DNA from: Escherichia coli | GTDB taxonomy: Bacteria > Pseudomonadota > Gammaproteobacteria > Enterobacterales > Enterobacteriaceae | NCBI RefSeq assembly: GCF_044647545.1 | Contig: NZ_CP172818.1 | Strand: one strand, 5' to 3' | Length of the DNA stretch: 64,000 nucleotides | Shown: positions 27,882-38,935 of the stretch, one piece after another | Position numbering within the stretch: position 1 is the first letter of the stretch | Layout of the letters: the number at the start of each line of letters is the position of its first letter | Made by a program: the position numbers and the translations under genes | Notes under the pieces: generated by a model | The model's database searches: none | What the model was told of the DNA's origin: nothing | Seen by the model: the letters and a program-made list of their open reading frames with translations, nothing else

Positions 27882-28863
27882 TTTGCCACTGATGATCACC
27901 ATCGGCGTCTTTGTGTTGGGTTATCTTTACTGCCTGACCCAGTTTCCCGGTTTTGCTTCCACAAGAGTGATCTGCAATATCCTGACCGATAACGCCTTTC
28001 TTGGGATCATTGCCGTTGGCATGACCTTTGTGATCCTCTCCGGTGGGATCGATCTCTCCGTCGGTTCGGTGATCGCCTTTACTGGCGTGTTTCTGGCAAA
28101 AGTGATTGGCGATTTCGGCCTCTCGCCGCTACTGGCGTTTCCGCTAGTGCTGGTGATGGGCTGTGCCTTCGGCGCATTTATGGGGCTTTTGATCGACGCC
28201 CTGAAGATCCCGGCATTTATCATTACCCTGGCGGGGATGTTCTTTTTGCGCGGTGTCAGCTATCTCGTTTCGGAAGAGTCGATTCCGATAAACCATCCCA
28301 TTTATGACACGCTCTCAAGCCTTGCGTGGAAAATCCCTGGCGGCGGTCGCTTAAGTGCGATGGGACTGCTGATGTTGGCGGTGGTGGTTATCGGTATTTT
28401 CCTCGCGCATCGTACCCGTTTTGGTAATCAGGTATACGCCATTGGCGGCAACGCAACGTCGGCGAACCTGATGGGGATTTCCACTCGCAGCACCACTATT
28501 CGCATTTATATGCTCTCCACCGGACTGGCAACGCTGGCGGGGATTGTCTTCTCGATTTATACCCAGGCCGGATATGCGCTGGCGGGCGTAGGTGTGGAAC
28601 TGGATGCTATCGCCTCAGTGGTAATTGGCGGTACGCTTCTGAGCGGTGGCGTTGGAACGGTATTAGGGACGCTTTTTGGCGTGGCGATTCAGGGACTGAT
28701 TCAGACTTACATAAACTTTGATGGCACGCTGAGCTCATGGTGGACGAAAATCGCCATCGGTATTTTGTTGTTTATTTTTATAGCATTACAGCGTGGATTA
28801 ACGGTGCTGTGGGAGAATCGTCAGAGTTCGCCAGTGACAAGAGTCAACATTGCGCAGCGATAA
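27868..28863 (+). CDS. yjfF: ABC transporter permease YjfF
   Basis: 331 aa, GTG start overlapping the ytfT 3' end by 14 nt. Confidence 0.85.
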   Translation: MIKRNLPLMITIGVFVLGYLYCLTQFPGFASTRVICNILTDNAFLGIIAVGMTFVILSGGIDLSVGSVIAFTGVFLAKVIGDFGLSPLLAFPLVLVMGCAFGAFMGLLIDALKIPAFIITLAGMFFLRGVSYLVSEESIPINHPIYDTLSSLAWKIPGGGRLSAMGLLMLAVVVIGIFLAHRTRFGNQVYAIGGNATSANLMGISTRSTTIRIYMLSTGLATLAGIVFSIYTQAGYALAGVGVELDAIASVVIGGTLLSGGVGTVLGTLFGVAIQGLIQTYINFDGTLSSWWTKIAIGILLFIFIALQRGLTVLWENRQSSPVTRVNIAQR

Positions 28864-28895
28864 AAACGCCTCTCCGTGTGGAGAGGCGCAGGAGA

Positions 28896-29894
28896 TTACG
28901 CGTCCGGGAACTCACGGATAAAGCGTTCGACATCTTCAACCATATGGTCGTTGCCGACAAAGAACGAACGGCGCTGGTGCAGAGTTTCCGGGATGATATC
29001 CAGAATACGCTCTTTGCCATCGCTCGCTTTACCGCCCGCTTGTTCCGCCAGGAATGCCATCGGGTTGCACTCATAAAGCAAACGCAGTTTGCCGTCCGGG
29101 TGGCTGGCGGTGCTTGGGTAGAGATAAATACCGCCTTTCAGCAGGTTACGGTGGAAATCCGCGACCAGTGAACCGATATAACGTGAGGTATACGGGCGGT
29201 TGGTGGATTTATCTTCTTCCTGGCAGAATTTAATGTACTTCTTCACCCCGTTCGGAAACTTAATGTAGTTTCCTTCGTTGATGGAGTAGGTTTTGCCTTT
29301 CTCCGGGAAGCGCATCCGTTCCTGGCACAGGCAGAAAACGCCGAGCGAAGGATCGTAAGTAAAGGCGTGAACACCGCATCCGGTGGTGTAAACCAGCATG
29401 GTAGAGGAGCCGTATACCACGTAACCTGCCGCAACCTGTTTGTTACCAGGCTGGAGGAAATCTTCTTCCGTTACCGGCGTGCCGACGGGCGTAACGCGGC
29501 GGTAGATGGAGAAAATGGTACCGACAGAGACGTTAACATCGATGTTGGACGAGCCATCCAGTGGGTCCATCAGCACCACGTATTTTGCATGTTCACAGCC
29601 TTCAAAGACGACAATCTCATCTTCTTCTTCAGAGGCAATGCCCGCAACGATATCGCGTGCTTTCAGTGCGGCTTTCAGTTTTTCATTAGCGAACAAGTCG
29701 AGTTTTTGCTGAACCTCGCCCTGCACGTTCTCAGCACCGCTGGCACCCAGGATATCAACCAGTCCTGCTTTGTTGATATCGCGATGGATAATCTTGGCGC
29801 CCAGTTTTATTGCCGACAGCAAAGCAGTGAGCTCACCGGTAGCATGAGAAAACTCGTGCTGCTTTTCGACAATAAATTCACCTAACGTTTTCAT
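28896..29894 (-). CDS. fbp: Fructose-1,6-bisphosphatase class 1
   Basis: 332 aa from [12 protein letters not shown]...; the 30077 ORF is a 5' extension. Confidence 0.95.
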
Positions 29895-30069
29895 AAAACT
29901 TTCCCTGCAATGTTTATGGAGTAAAGCGACCGTAACAATCTTAACAAATAATCGGAATGTTGCGCTCAGGTGAATCGCGCCAGCAAATTGCGGATTATCC
30001 TGAAATGCGTTTCTCACTTGCCCGACATATGCGTAAAATGAGCGGCAGATTAAAAAAGGATAGTGACGT

Positions 30070-31443
30070 ATGCGCATTCATATTTTAGGAATTTGTGGCA
30101 CGTTTATGGGCGGTCTGGCGATGCTGGCGCGCCAGTTAGGCCATGAAGTAACGGGTTCGGACGCCAATGTGTATCCGCCGATGAGCACCTTACTTGAGAA
30201 GCAAGGCATTGAACTGATTCAGGGTTACGATGCCAGCCAGCTCGATCCGCAGCCGGATCTGGTGATTATTGGCAACGCCATGACCCGTGGAAATCCGTGT
30301 GTGGAAGCGGTACTGGAAAAAAACATCCCTTATATGTCAGGTCCACAGTGGCTGCACGATTTTGTGCTGCGCGACCGCTGGGTGCTGGCCGTTGCCGGTA
30401 CACATGGCAAAACCACCACCGCGGGAATGGCGACCTGGATTCTGGAACAGTGCGGTTACAAACCGGGATTTGTGATCGGCGGTGTGCCGGGGAACTTTGA
30501 GGTTTCGGCGCGTCTGGGCGAAAGCAACTTCTTTGTTATCGAAGCGGATGAGTATGACTGCGCCTTCTTCGACAAACGCTCTAAATTTGTTCATTACTGC
30601 CCGCGTACGCTGATCCTCAACAACCTTGAGTTCGATCACGCCGATATCTTTGACGACCTGAAAGCGATCCAGAAACAGTTCCACCATCTGGTGCGTATCG
30701 TTCCAGGGCAGGGCCGTATTATCTGGCCAGAAAACGACATCAACCTGAAACAGACCATGGCGATGGGCTGCTGGAGCGAGCAGGAGCTGGTGGGCGAGCA
30801 GGGTCACTGGCAGGCGAAAAAGCTGACCACCGATGCTTCCGAATGGGAAGTTTTGCTGGATGGCGAAAAAGTGGGCGAAGTGAAATGGTCGCTGGTAGGC
30901 GAACATAATATGCACAATGGCCTGATGGCGATTGCAGCGGCTCGCCATGTTGGTGTAGCGCCGGCAGATGCCGCTAACGCGCTGGGTTCGTTTATTAATG
31001 CTCGTCGCCGTCTGGAGTTGCGTGGTGAAGCGAATGGCGTCACGGTATATGACGATTTTGCCCATCACCCGACGGCGATTCTGGCAACGCTGGCGGCGCT
31101 GCGTGGCAAAGTTGGTGGTACGGCGCGCATTATTGCTGTGCTGGAACCGCGCTCGAATACCATGAAAATGGGGATCTGCAAAGACGATCTGGCACCTTCA
31201 TTAGGTCGTGCCGATGAAGTCTTCCTGCTGCAACCGGCGCATATTCCGTGGCAGGTGGCAGAAGTGGCAGAAGCCTGCGTTCAGCCTGCACACTGGAGTG
31301 GCGATGTGGATACGCTGGCAGATATGGTGGTGAAAACCGCTCAGCCTGGCGACCATATTCTGGTGATGAGCAACGGCGGTTTTGGTGGGATCCATCAGAA
31401 ACTGCTGGATGGTCTGGCGAAGAAGGCGGAAGCTGCGCAGTAA
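30070..31443 (+). CDS. mpl: UDP-N-acetylmuramate:L-alanyl-gamma-D-glutamyl-meso-diaminopimelate ligase (Mpl)
   Basis: 457 aa Mur ligase family, GTHGKTTT P-loop. Confidence 0.9.
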
Positions 31444-31446
31444 TTC

Positions 31447-31572
31447 GGCCTCAGCCTGATATAGTGTGCGTAGGCCGGATAAGGCGTTCACGCCGCATCC
31501 GGCATTTGAGCATAGTGCCTGATGCGACGCTTGATGCGTCTTATCAGGCCTACAGGTGCACCGCATCCGGCA
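31447..31572. repeat. REP/BIME cluster
   Basis: Several GCCGGATAAGGCG / GCCGCATCCGGCA / CCTGATGCGACGC units. Confidence 0.7.
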
Positions 31573-31598
31573 AACCATACTCACATCAACAACGAAAA

Positions 31599-32150
31599 TT
31601 ACCCTTCATTCTCCGCCAGTTCGCGCAGATACTGGAAAATCTGGCGTGCGGATTTCGGCGGCTTATTCCCTTCTTTCTCTTTCTTCGCGTTGCGGATCAG
31701 TGTACGCAGTTGCTGACGATCGGCATCGGGCCACAGATTCAATACTTCAGCGATGGCGTCATCACCTTGATCGATCAGACGATCGCGCAGGTTTTCCAGT
31801 TTATGGAACAGCACCACCTGCTGGTTGTGACGGTTTTTCAGCTTATCCAGCGCCTGACGAATAGGCTCTACGTCGCGCTGGCGCAGCATCTTACCGATGA
31901 GCTGCAACTGGCGGCGGCGACCTTCCATCTTAATACGCTGGGCGAGCTCAATAGCCGCGCGCAGATCCGCATCTAACGGGATCTTATCCAGCGCGTTTTT
32001 CCCCAGATCAACAATTTCCGCGCCAAGGCGTTTTAGCTCCTCGGCATCACGTTTAATTTCACTTTTACTGACCCAGATAATTTCATCGTCTTCGTCTTCG
32101 ATGTCATCACCGGGAACGTCGTCGAGCCAGTCTTCGGGCTGCTTAGTCAT
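31599..32150 (-). CDS. yjgA: Ribosome-associated DUF615 protein YjgA (DarP)
   Basis: 183 aa, acidic N-terminus, basic helical body. Confidence 0.85.
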
Positions 32151-32243
32151 CTCAGGCTCCTTAAAAAAAGAGGCTAATGTTACCAGTTAAGATGCGCACT
32201 GAAAAACGGTTCTCTGTTAGACTTCAGAGAAACTCTCTACATT

Positions 32244-33596
32244 ATGGCACTTGCAATGAAAGTAATCTCTCAAGTTGAAGCGCAGCGCAAGATTCTGGAA
32301 GAAGCAGTTTCCACTGCGCTGGAGTTGGCCTCAGGCAAATCGGACGGTGCGGAAGTTGCCGTCAGCAAGACCACCGGCATTAGCGTAAGCACGCGTTATG
32401 GTGAAGTGGAGAATGTTGAATTCAATAGCGATGGCGCGCTGGGGATCACTGTTTATCACCAGAACCGCAAAGGTAGCGCATCATCCACCGATTTAAGCCC
32501 GCAGGCCATTGCCCGCACCGTACAGGCGGCGCTGGATATTGCCCGTTATACCTCGCCAGATCCCTGTGCCGGCGTGGCAGACAAAGAGCTGCTGGCCTTT
32601 GAGGCACCGGATCTCGATTTGTTCCACCCTGCGGAAGTTTCCCCGGATGAAGCCATTGAACTGGCGGCCCGCGCAGAACAGGCAGCATTACAGGCGGACA
32701 AACGTATCACCAATACCGAAGGTGGCAGCTTTAACAGCCACTACGGTGTCAAAGTTTTTGGCAACAGCCACGGCATGTTGCAGGGTTACTGCTCTACGCG
32801 TCATTCGCTCTCCAGCTGTGTAATTGCCGAAGAAAATGGCGATATGGAGCGTGATTACGCCTACACCATTGGTCGTGCGATGAGCGATCTGCAAACGCCA
32901 GAGTGGGTTGGGGCCGACTGTGCTCGCCGTACTTTATCGCGCCTGTCACCGCGTAAACTCTCCACCATGAAAGCGCCGGTCATTTTTGCCAATGAAGTGG
33001 CAACCGGGCTTTTTGGGCATCTGGTGGGGGCGATAGCGGGTGGAGCGGTTTACCGTAAATCTACCTTCCTGCTGGATTCGCTGGGTAAACAAATTCTGCC
33101 GGACTGGCTGACCATTGAAGAGCATCCGCATCTGCTGAAAGGGCTGGCATCGACGCCATTTGACAGCGAAGGTGTGCGCACCGAGCGTCGCGATATTATT
33201 AAAGATGGCATCCTGACTCAGTGGCTGCTGACCAGCTATTCGGCGCGAAAACTGGGGCTGAAAAGCACCGGACATGCGGGCGGTATTCACAACTGGCGGA
33301 TTGCCGGACAAGGGCTAAGCTTCGAACAAATGCTCAAAGAGATGGGCACCGGGCTGGTGGTGACGGAGCTGATGGGCCAGGGCGTGAGTGCAATTACCGG
33401 TGATTATTCCCGTGGTGCGGCGGGCTTCTGGGTAGAAAACGGCGAAATTCAGTATCCGGTTAGCGAAATCACCATCGCAGGTAATTTAAAAGATATGTGG
33501 CGCAATATTGTCACCGTCGGTAACGATATTGAAACACGCAGTAATATACAGTGTGGTTCTGTGCTGTTGCCGGAGATGAAAATCGCCGGGCAGTAA
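32244..33596 (+). CDS. pmbA: Metalloprotease PmbA (TldE)
   Basis: 450 aa [22 protein letters not shown]... Confidence 0.9.
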   Translation: MALAMKVISQVEAQRKILEEAVSTALELASGKSDGAEVAVSKTTGISVSTRYGEVENVEFNSDGALGITVYHQNRKGSASSTDLSPQAIARTVQAALDIARYTSPDPCAGVADKELLAFEAPDLDLFHPAEVSPDEAIELAARAEQAALQADKRITNTEGGSFNSHYGVKVFGNSHGMLQGYCSTRHSLSSCVIAEENGDMERDYAYTIGRAMSDLQTPEWVGADCARRTLSRLSPRKLSTMKAPVIFANEVATGLFGHLVGAIAGGAVYRKSTFLLDSLGKQILPDWLTIEEHPHLLKGLASTPFDSEGVRTERRDIIKDGILTQWLLTSYSARKLGLKSTGHAGGIHNWRIAGQGLSFEQMLKEMGTGLVVTELMGQGVSAITGDYSRGAAGFWVENGEIQYPVSEITIAGNLKDMWRNIVTVGNDIETRSNIQCGSVLLPEMKIAGQ

Positions 33597-33640
33597 AAAA
33601 CTGGCGCGACCTGCCGCGCCAATCTTCATAAAGGAAGTGA

Positions 33641-34030
<390 letters not shown>

Positions 34031-34074
34031 TTCCTCATTTCCCTGTTGCCTGCACTCAGGTAACAGGGAACTTA

Positions 34075-34539
34075 TCATCGCAAATGATGCACCACCTGAT
34101 TGCTGCTGCCGCGCCAGATCAGGGAAGGGTCTTTTAAATCCTGCACAAATTTGCCGTCGACCAGTACGTTAATCAAATCAACAACCTGCATTTGCGCAGC
34201 GTTGAGATCGTCGAGTTTATAGCCTGTCCACACCCAGATGTCTTTATCCGGACACTCGGCGCGGATGCGTTTTACCAGTTTCAGAATATCCGGCACGTTT
34301 TGCGGATGCAGCGGATCGCCGCCGGAGAGGGAAATCCCCTGGCGTTTGATACGAGTGTCATTCAGATCGTTAATGATCTGGTCTTCCATTGCTTTGGTAA
34401 ATGGCTGACCAGAATTTACCCGCCATGTGCTTTTGTTATAGCAACCGGGGCATTCATGAACACACCCGGAGACAAACAGGGTGCAGCGAGTGCCGGGGCC
34501 GTTGACGATGTCGACAGGATAGTACTGATGATAATTCAT
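34075..34539 (-). CDS. nrdG: Anaerobic ribonucleotide reductase activating protein (radical SAM)
   Basis: 154 aa with CxxxCxxC motif (VSGCVHECPGCYN). Confidence 0.9.
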   Translation of the reverse strand: MNYHQYYPVDIVNGPGTRCTLFVSGCVHECPGCYNKSTWRVNSGQPFTKAMEDQIINDLNDTRIKRQGISLSGGDPLHPQNVPDILKLVKRIRAECPDKDIWVWTGYKLDDLNAAQMQVVDLINVLVDGKFVQDLKDPSLIWRGSSNQVVHHLR

Positions 34540-34565
34540 TATTTCGCCTGGCTTATCAGTCCGCG

Positions 34566-34676
<111 letters not shown>

Positions 34677-34698
34677 TTTGCTTAGCGCAGAGTGAAGA

Positions 34699-36837
34699 TT
34701 AACCTATCTGCCCATTCCCCAAATGTTTAACGCGGCGCTTAACTTCTTCCTGCTTACCAGCGTTAAACGGACGTGCATCCGGGCTACCTAAATATCCGCA
34801 CACGCGGCGAGTTACCGACACACGGGAGGCGTCATGGTTACCACATTTCGGGCAAGTAAAGCCTTTGCTGGTGCACTCGAACTCACCGGTAAAGCCACAC
34901 TCGTAGCACTCATCAATCGGTGTATTGGTGCCGTAATACGGTACATGCTGATAGCTGTAATCCCAGACATCTTCCAGCGCTTTCAGGTTGTGCTGAATGT
35001 TTGGATACTCGCCGTAGCAAATGAAACCACCGTTCGCCAGCGGCGGGTAAGGCGCTTCAAAGTCGATCTTGTCGTACGGGTTAACCTTCTTCTCCACATC
35101 AAGGTGGAAACTGTTGGTGTAGTAACCTTTATCGGTCACGCCCGGCACCACGCCAAACTCAGCAGTATCGAGACGGCAGAAGCGGTCGCACAGGTTTTCA
35201 CTCGGCGTGCTGTAGAGACTGAAACCATAACCCGTTTCTTCTTTCCACTGATCCACTGCCTGACGCAGACGTTCAACAATCGCGATACCTTTCGCGCGGA
35301 GCTGCTCGTTGTCGTAAACATGCTCGCCGCCGAACAGCGCGTTAATGGTTTCGTGGATGCCGATGTAACCCAGCGAAATAGACGCACGACCGTTTTTGAA
35401 GATTTCAGAAACATCATCGTCAGCATTCAGACGCACGCCACAAGCACCTTCCATATAAAGGATCGGGGCCACGCGCGCTTTCACGCCTTCCAGACGAGCG
35501 ATACGGGTCATCAGCGCCTTACGTGCCAGCACCAGACGTTCATCCAGCAGCTTCCAGAAGGTGGCTTCATCGCCTTTTGCTTCCAGAGCAATACGCGGCA
35601 GGTTCAGGCTGATCACGCCGAGGTTGTTACGACCATCGTGGATCTGCTCGCCGTTTTCATTTTCCCACACGCCGAGGAAGCTGCGGCAGCCCATCGGGGT
35701 TTTAAACGAACCGGTGACTTTCACTACCTGATCGTAGTTCAGGATATCCGGATACATGCGCTTGCTTGCGCACTCCAGCGCCAGCTGTTTGATGTCGTAG
35801 TTCGGATCGCCTTTTTTATGGTTCAGACCATCGCGAATCGCAAACACCAGTTTCGGGAACACCGCAGTTTTACGGTTTTTACCGAGACCTGCGATACGGT
35901 TACGCAGGATAGATTCCTGAATCAGGCGCGATTCCCAGCTGGTGCCCAGACCAAAACCAAAAGTTACAAACGGCGTTTGACCGTTGGCGGTATGCAGGGT
36001 GTTTACTTCGTACTCCAGCGACTGGAAGGCATCGTAGCACTCTTTAATGGTACGAGAGTTAGCGTAGCCTTCTGCGTCCGGGATGCTCCACTCTTCTGCG
36101 GTCTTGCGATGTTTGTTGTAGCTGGCGGTGACAAACGGTGCCAGCACTTCATCGATACGGTTAATGGTGGTGCCGCCATAAATATGGCTGGCAACCTGAG
36201 CAATAATCTGCGCAGTTACCGCGGTTGCCGTTGAGATCGACTTCGGCGGTTCAATCTCGGCGTTCCCCATTTTAAAGCCCTGGGTCAGCATGCCTTTCAG
36301 GTCGATCAACATGCAGTTGAACATCGGGAAAAACGGTGAGTAATCGAGATCGTGATAGTGAATATCGCCACGCTCATGTGCCTGCACCACGTCACGCGGC
36401 AGCAGGTGCTGACGTGCATAGTGTTTAGCCACGATCCCGGCCAGCAGGTCGCGCTGGGTTGGAATCACCTTGCTGTCTTTGTTGGCGTTTTCGTTGAGTA
36501 ACGAGGCGTTGGTCTGCTCGACCAGACCACGGATCTCCTGGTTCAGGCGACCGCGTTTTTCACGTTCAATGTCGCGATCGTGACGGTACTCGATGTAAGC
36601 GCGAGCCAGTTGTTTGTATGGACCCGACATCAGCTGGTTTTCAACTGCGGTCTGGATCTCGTTGATATCCACCTGGTTGCGGCCCTGCATCTGCTCGCTG
36701 ACAACCGCGGCAACAGTGGCGCAATAATCGGCATCATCGACTTCCGCTGCTTTAGCTGCACGCAGAATCGCTTCTTTGATGCGCTCTGATTTAAACGGCA
36801 CTTTGCAGCCGTCTCGTTTCATCACATGCGGTGTCAT
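34699..36837 (-). CDS. nrdD: Anaerobic ribonucleoside-triphosphate reductase (class III)
   Basis: 712 aa, ATP-cone N-terminus, C-terminal glycyl-radical region and Cys cluster. Confidence 0.95.
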   Translation of the reverse strand: MTPHVMKRDGCKVPFKSERIKEAILRAAKAAEVDDADYCATVAAVVSEQMQGRNQVDINEIQTAVENQLMSGPYKQLARAYIEYRHDRDIEREKRGRLNQEIRGLVEQTNASLLNENANKDSKVIPTQRDLLAGIVAKHYARQHLLPRDVVQAHERGDIHYHDLDYSPFFPMFNCMLIDLKGMLTQGFKMGNAEIEPPKSISTATAVTAQIIAQVASHIYGGTTINRIDEVLAPFVTASYNKHRKTAEEWSIPDAEGYANSRTIKECYDAFQSLEYEVNTLHTANGQTPFVTFGFGLGTSWESRLIQESILRNRIAGLGKNRKTAVFPKLVFAIRDGLNHKKGDPNYDIKQLALECASKRMYPDILNYDQVVKVTGSFKTPMGCRSFLGVWENENGEQIHDGRNNLGVISLNLPRIALEAKGDEATFWKLLDERLVLARKALMTRIARLEGVKARVAPILYMEGACGVRLNADDDVSEIFKNGRASISLGYIGIHETINALFGGEHVYDNEQLRAKGIAIVERLRQAVDQWKEETGYGFSLYSTPSENLCDRFCRLDTAEFGVVPGVTDKGYYTNSFHLDVEKKVNPYDKIDFEAPYPPLANGGFICYGEYPNIQHNLKALEDVWDYSYQHVPYYGTNTPIDECYECGFTGEFECTSKGFTCPKCGNHDASRVSVTRRVCGYLGSPDARPFNAGKQEEVKRRVKHLGNGQIG

Positions 36838-37000
36838 GATCGCTCCATATTTTTAAGAACAGGTTATCCACAGAAATTGGGAAAGGCGTTTTCCGGTTTT
36901 TTCGTTTCGTTTTCCGGTGCTTTCCGCAATCGCCATCCGCTTATCCACAACGCCGCACCTTTTTCGTGGGGAGCTGTAGTAGCAATTATAGTCGATTAAT

Positions 37001-37045
37001 ACAACATATTGGGTTGGGACGCATTTTAAAGTCTATATATAGTGC
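37001..37045 (-). promoter_or_regulatory. Candidate NrdR boxes upstream of nrdD
   Basis: GCACTATATATAGAC (minus strand of 37031-37045) fits the NrdR-box palindrome; weaker partner at 37001-37016. Confidence 0.4.
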
Positions 37046-37072
37046 TTTGCATCAAGGATGTTTTAACTTTTT

Positions 37073-37086
37073 TTGATGTAGCTCAA
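37073..37086 (-). promoter_or_regulatory. FNR-type site upstream of nrdDG
   Basis: TTGATgtagCTCAA resembles the FNR consensus TTGAT-N4-ATCAA. Confidence 0.5.
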
Positions 37087-37230
37087 AGTAAAAAGCAGAG
37101 CGTACGGATGACGGGCGCTACAGCGTTATGTAAATTTTTTAATGAATTTGCTGGTTGAAAAATCAACAAAAACAACATGCTGACAGACAAAACCCCGGAA
37201 TGACCGGCATTACCGGGGCTTAGGGAAGAT

Positions 37231-38886
37231 TTACTTCTGTAACCACCAGACAGCCTCAAAAGGCCGTAAATTCATGGCACAGGGTTGTGGTGAGGCTTCT
37301 TCGTAGTTATGCATCACAAGCTGCCAGTTGCCGCGCATTTGCCCTGGCTGCCAGGGTTGGATCTCACGGCTAAGGTTGGCAATGACCAGCAAGGTTTGCC
37401 CCTTCCATTCACGGCAATAGCACCACAATACAGGGCTGTTTGGCAGCAGATCCTGGTAATTGCCCCATGTCAGGATGGCTTCTTGCTTACGCAGTGCGAT
37501 TAACTTTTGGTAGGTGTAAAACACCGAGGACTCATCGGCCAGCGCGGCTTCTACGTTGATTTGTTGATAGTTATCGCCCAGGCCAATCCACGGTTCGCCA
37601 GCCGTAAACCCGGCATTATCGCCGTTGCTCCATTGCATGGGCGTGCGGCTGTTGTCACGGGATTTACTGGCGAGGATTGCCAATAACTCGTCGGCATCAC
37701 GACCATCGTTGCGCAGCTCGGCAAACATATTGAGGCTCTCCACGTCGCGATAGTCAGTAATGCGCGTGAAATGCGGGTTGGTCATGCCAATCTCTTCGCC
37801 CTGGTAGATATACGGCGTTCCCTGCATGCCATGCAGCACCATCGCCAGCATTTTTGCCGCAGGCACGCGGTATTCACCTTCATCACCAAAGCGAGAAATA
37901 ATGCGCGGCTGATCGTGGTTACACCAGAACAAGGCATTCCATGCCACGTTGTGCATTCCTTGTTGCCAGTGGCGGAACAATGTTTTCAACGCCACAAAGT
38001 CAGGTTTAGCCAGCGTCCATTTTTCACCACCGGGATAATCGACCTTCAGGTGATGAAAATTAAAGGTCATCGACAATTCACTGCCTGTCAGTGCCGCGTA
38101 TCGCTGGCAATGCTCAAGGCTGGTGGAGGACATTTCACCTACGGTCATTAACCCGCGTGGCGTAAACACATCGCGGTTCATCTCGTGCAAAAACTCGTGT
38201 GCTCGTGGCCCGTCGGTGTAGAAGCGACGCCCGTCGCCATCCAGGTCATCAGGGAAACGTGGGTCTTTGGAGATCAGATTCACCACATCCAGGCGCAACC
38301 CGTCGACCCCACGATCGGCCCAGAACTCACAGACTTTTTTCAGCTCTGCGCGTACCGCTGGATTCTCCCAGTTGAGATCCGCCTGCTCTGGTGCAAAGAG
38401 ATGCAAATAGTACTGTTCGCTTTCCGCATGCCAGCGCCACGCACTACCGCCAAATTTTGAACGCCAGTTGTTCGGTGGCGTTTCTGGTTCGCCATCGCGC
38501 CAGATATAAAACTGGCGGTAAGGGCTTTCTTTGTTCAGCGCCTCGCGAAACCAGGCATGTTGGGTAGAGGTATGGTTAAACACCATATCGAGAATGATAC
38601 GAATCCCGCGCGATTTTGCCTGCGTCACCAGTTCGTCAAAATCGTCCAGCGTGCCGTAAGTGGGATCAATCGCCGTATAGTTCGCTACGTCGTAACCGTT
38701 ATCGACCTGGGGAGAGACATAAAAGGGGGTTAGCCAGATGGCATCAACGCCCAGTTTATGCAGATAGCCCAGGCGTTGGATAACGCCACGTAAATCGCCG
38801 GTGCCGCTACCCGTGGTGTCCTGAAAACTCTTTGGATAAATCTGGTAGATAACGCCGTTTTGCCACCAGTGGGGAAGATTAGTCAT
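37231..38886 (-). CDS. treC: Trehalose-6-phosphate hydrolase (GH13)
   Basis: 551 aa from MTNLPHWWQNGVIYQIYPKSF...; the 39033 ORF is a 5' extension. Confidence 0.9.
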   Translation of the reverse strand: MTNLPHWWQNGVIYQIYPKSFQDTTGSGTGDLRGVIQRLGYLHKLGVDAIWLTPFYVSPQVDNGYDVANYTAIDPTYGTLDDFDELVTQAKSRGIRIILDMVFNHTSTQHAWFREALNKESPYRQFYIWRDGEPETPPNNWRSKFGGSAWRWHAESEQYYLHLFAPEQADLNWENPAVRAELKKVCEFWADRGVDGLRLDVVNLISKDPRFPDDLDGDGRRFYTDGPRAHEFLHEMNRDVFTPRGLMTVGEMSSTSLEHCQRYAALTGSELSMTFNFHHLKVDYPGGEKWTLAKPDFVALKTLFRHWQQGMHNVAWNALFWCNHDQPRIISRFGDEGEYRVPAAKMLAMVLHGMQGTPYIYQGEEIGMTNPHFTRITDYRDVESLNMFAELRNDGRDADELLAILASKSRDNSRTPMQWSNGDNAGFTAGEPWIGLGDNYQQINVEAALADESSVFYTYQKLIALRKQEAILTWGNYQDLLPNSPVLWCYCREWKGQTLLVIANLSREIQPWQPGQMRGNWQLVMHNYEEASPQPCAMNLRPFEAVWWLQK

Positions 38887-38935
38887 TACGTTATTCCTGC
38901 AAATGCGAGAGGGCGCAATTGCGCCCCGAAGAAAA

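Noticed and set aside
30337..31068. 243-aa minus-strand ORF
   Set aside because: Antisense within mpl; no start context or domain.
34834..36234. 466-aa ORF on the plus strand
   Set aside because: Lies entirely antisense within nrdD, a well-supported conserved gene; such long antisense ORFs are common opposite GC-rich genes and it has no RBS or recognisable domain.
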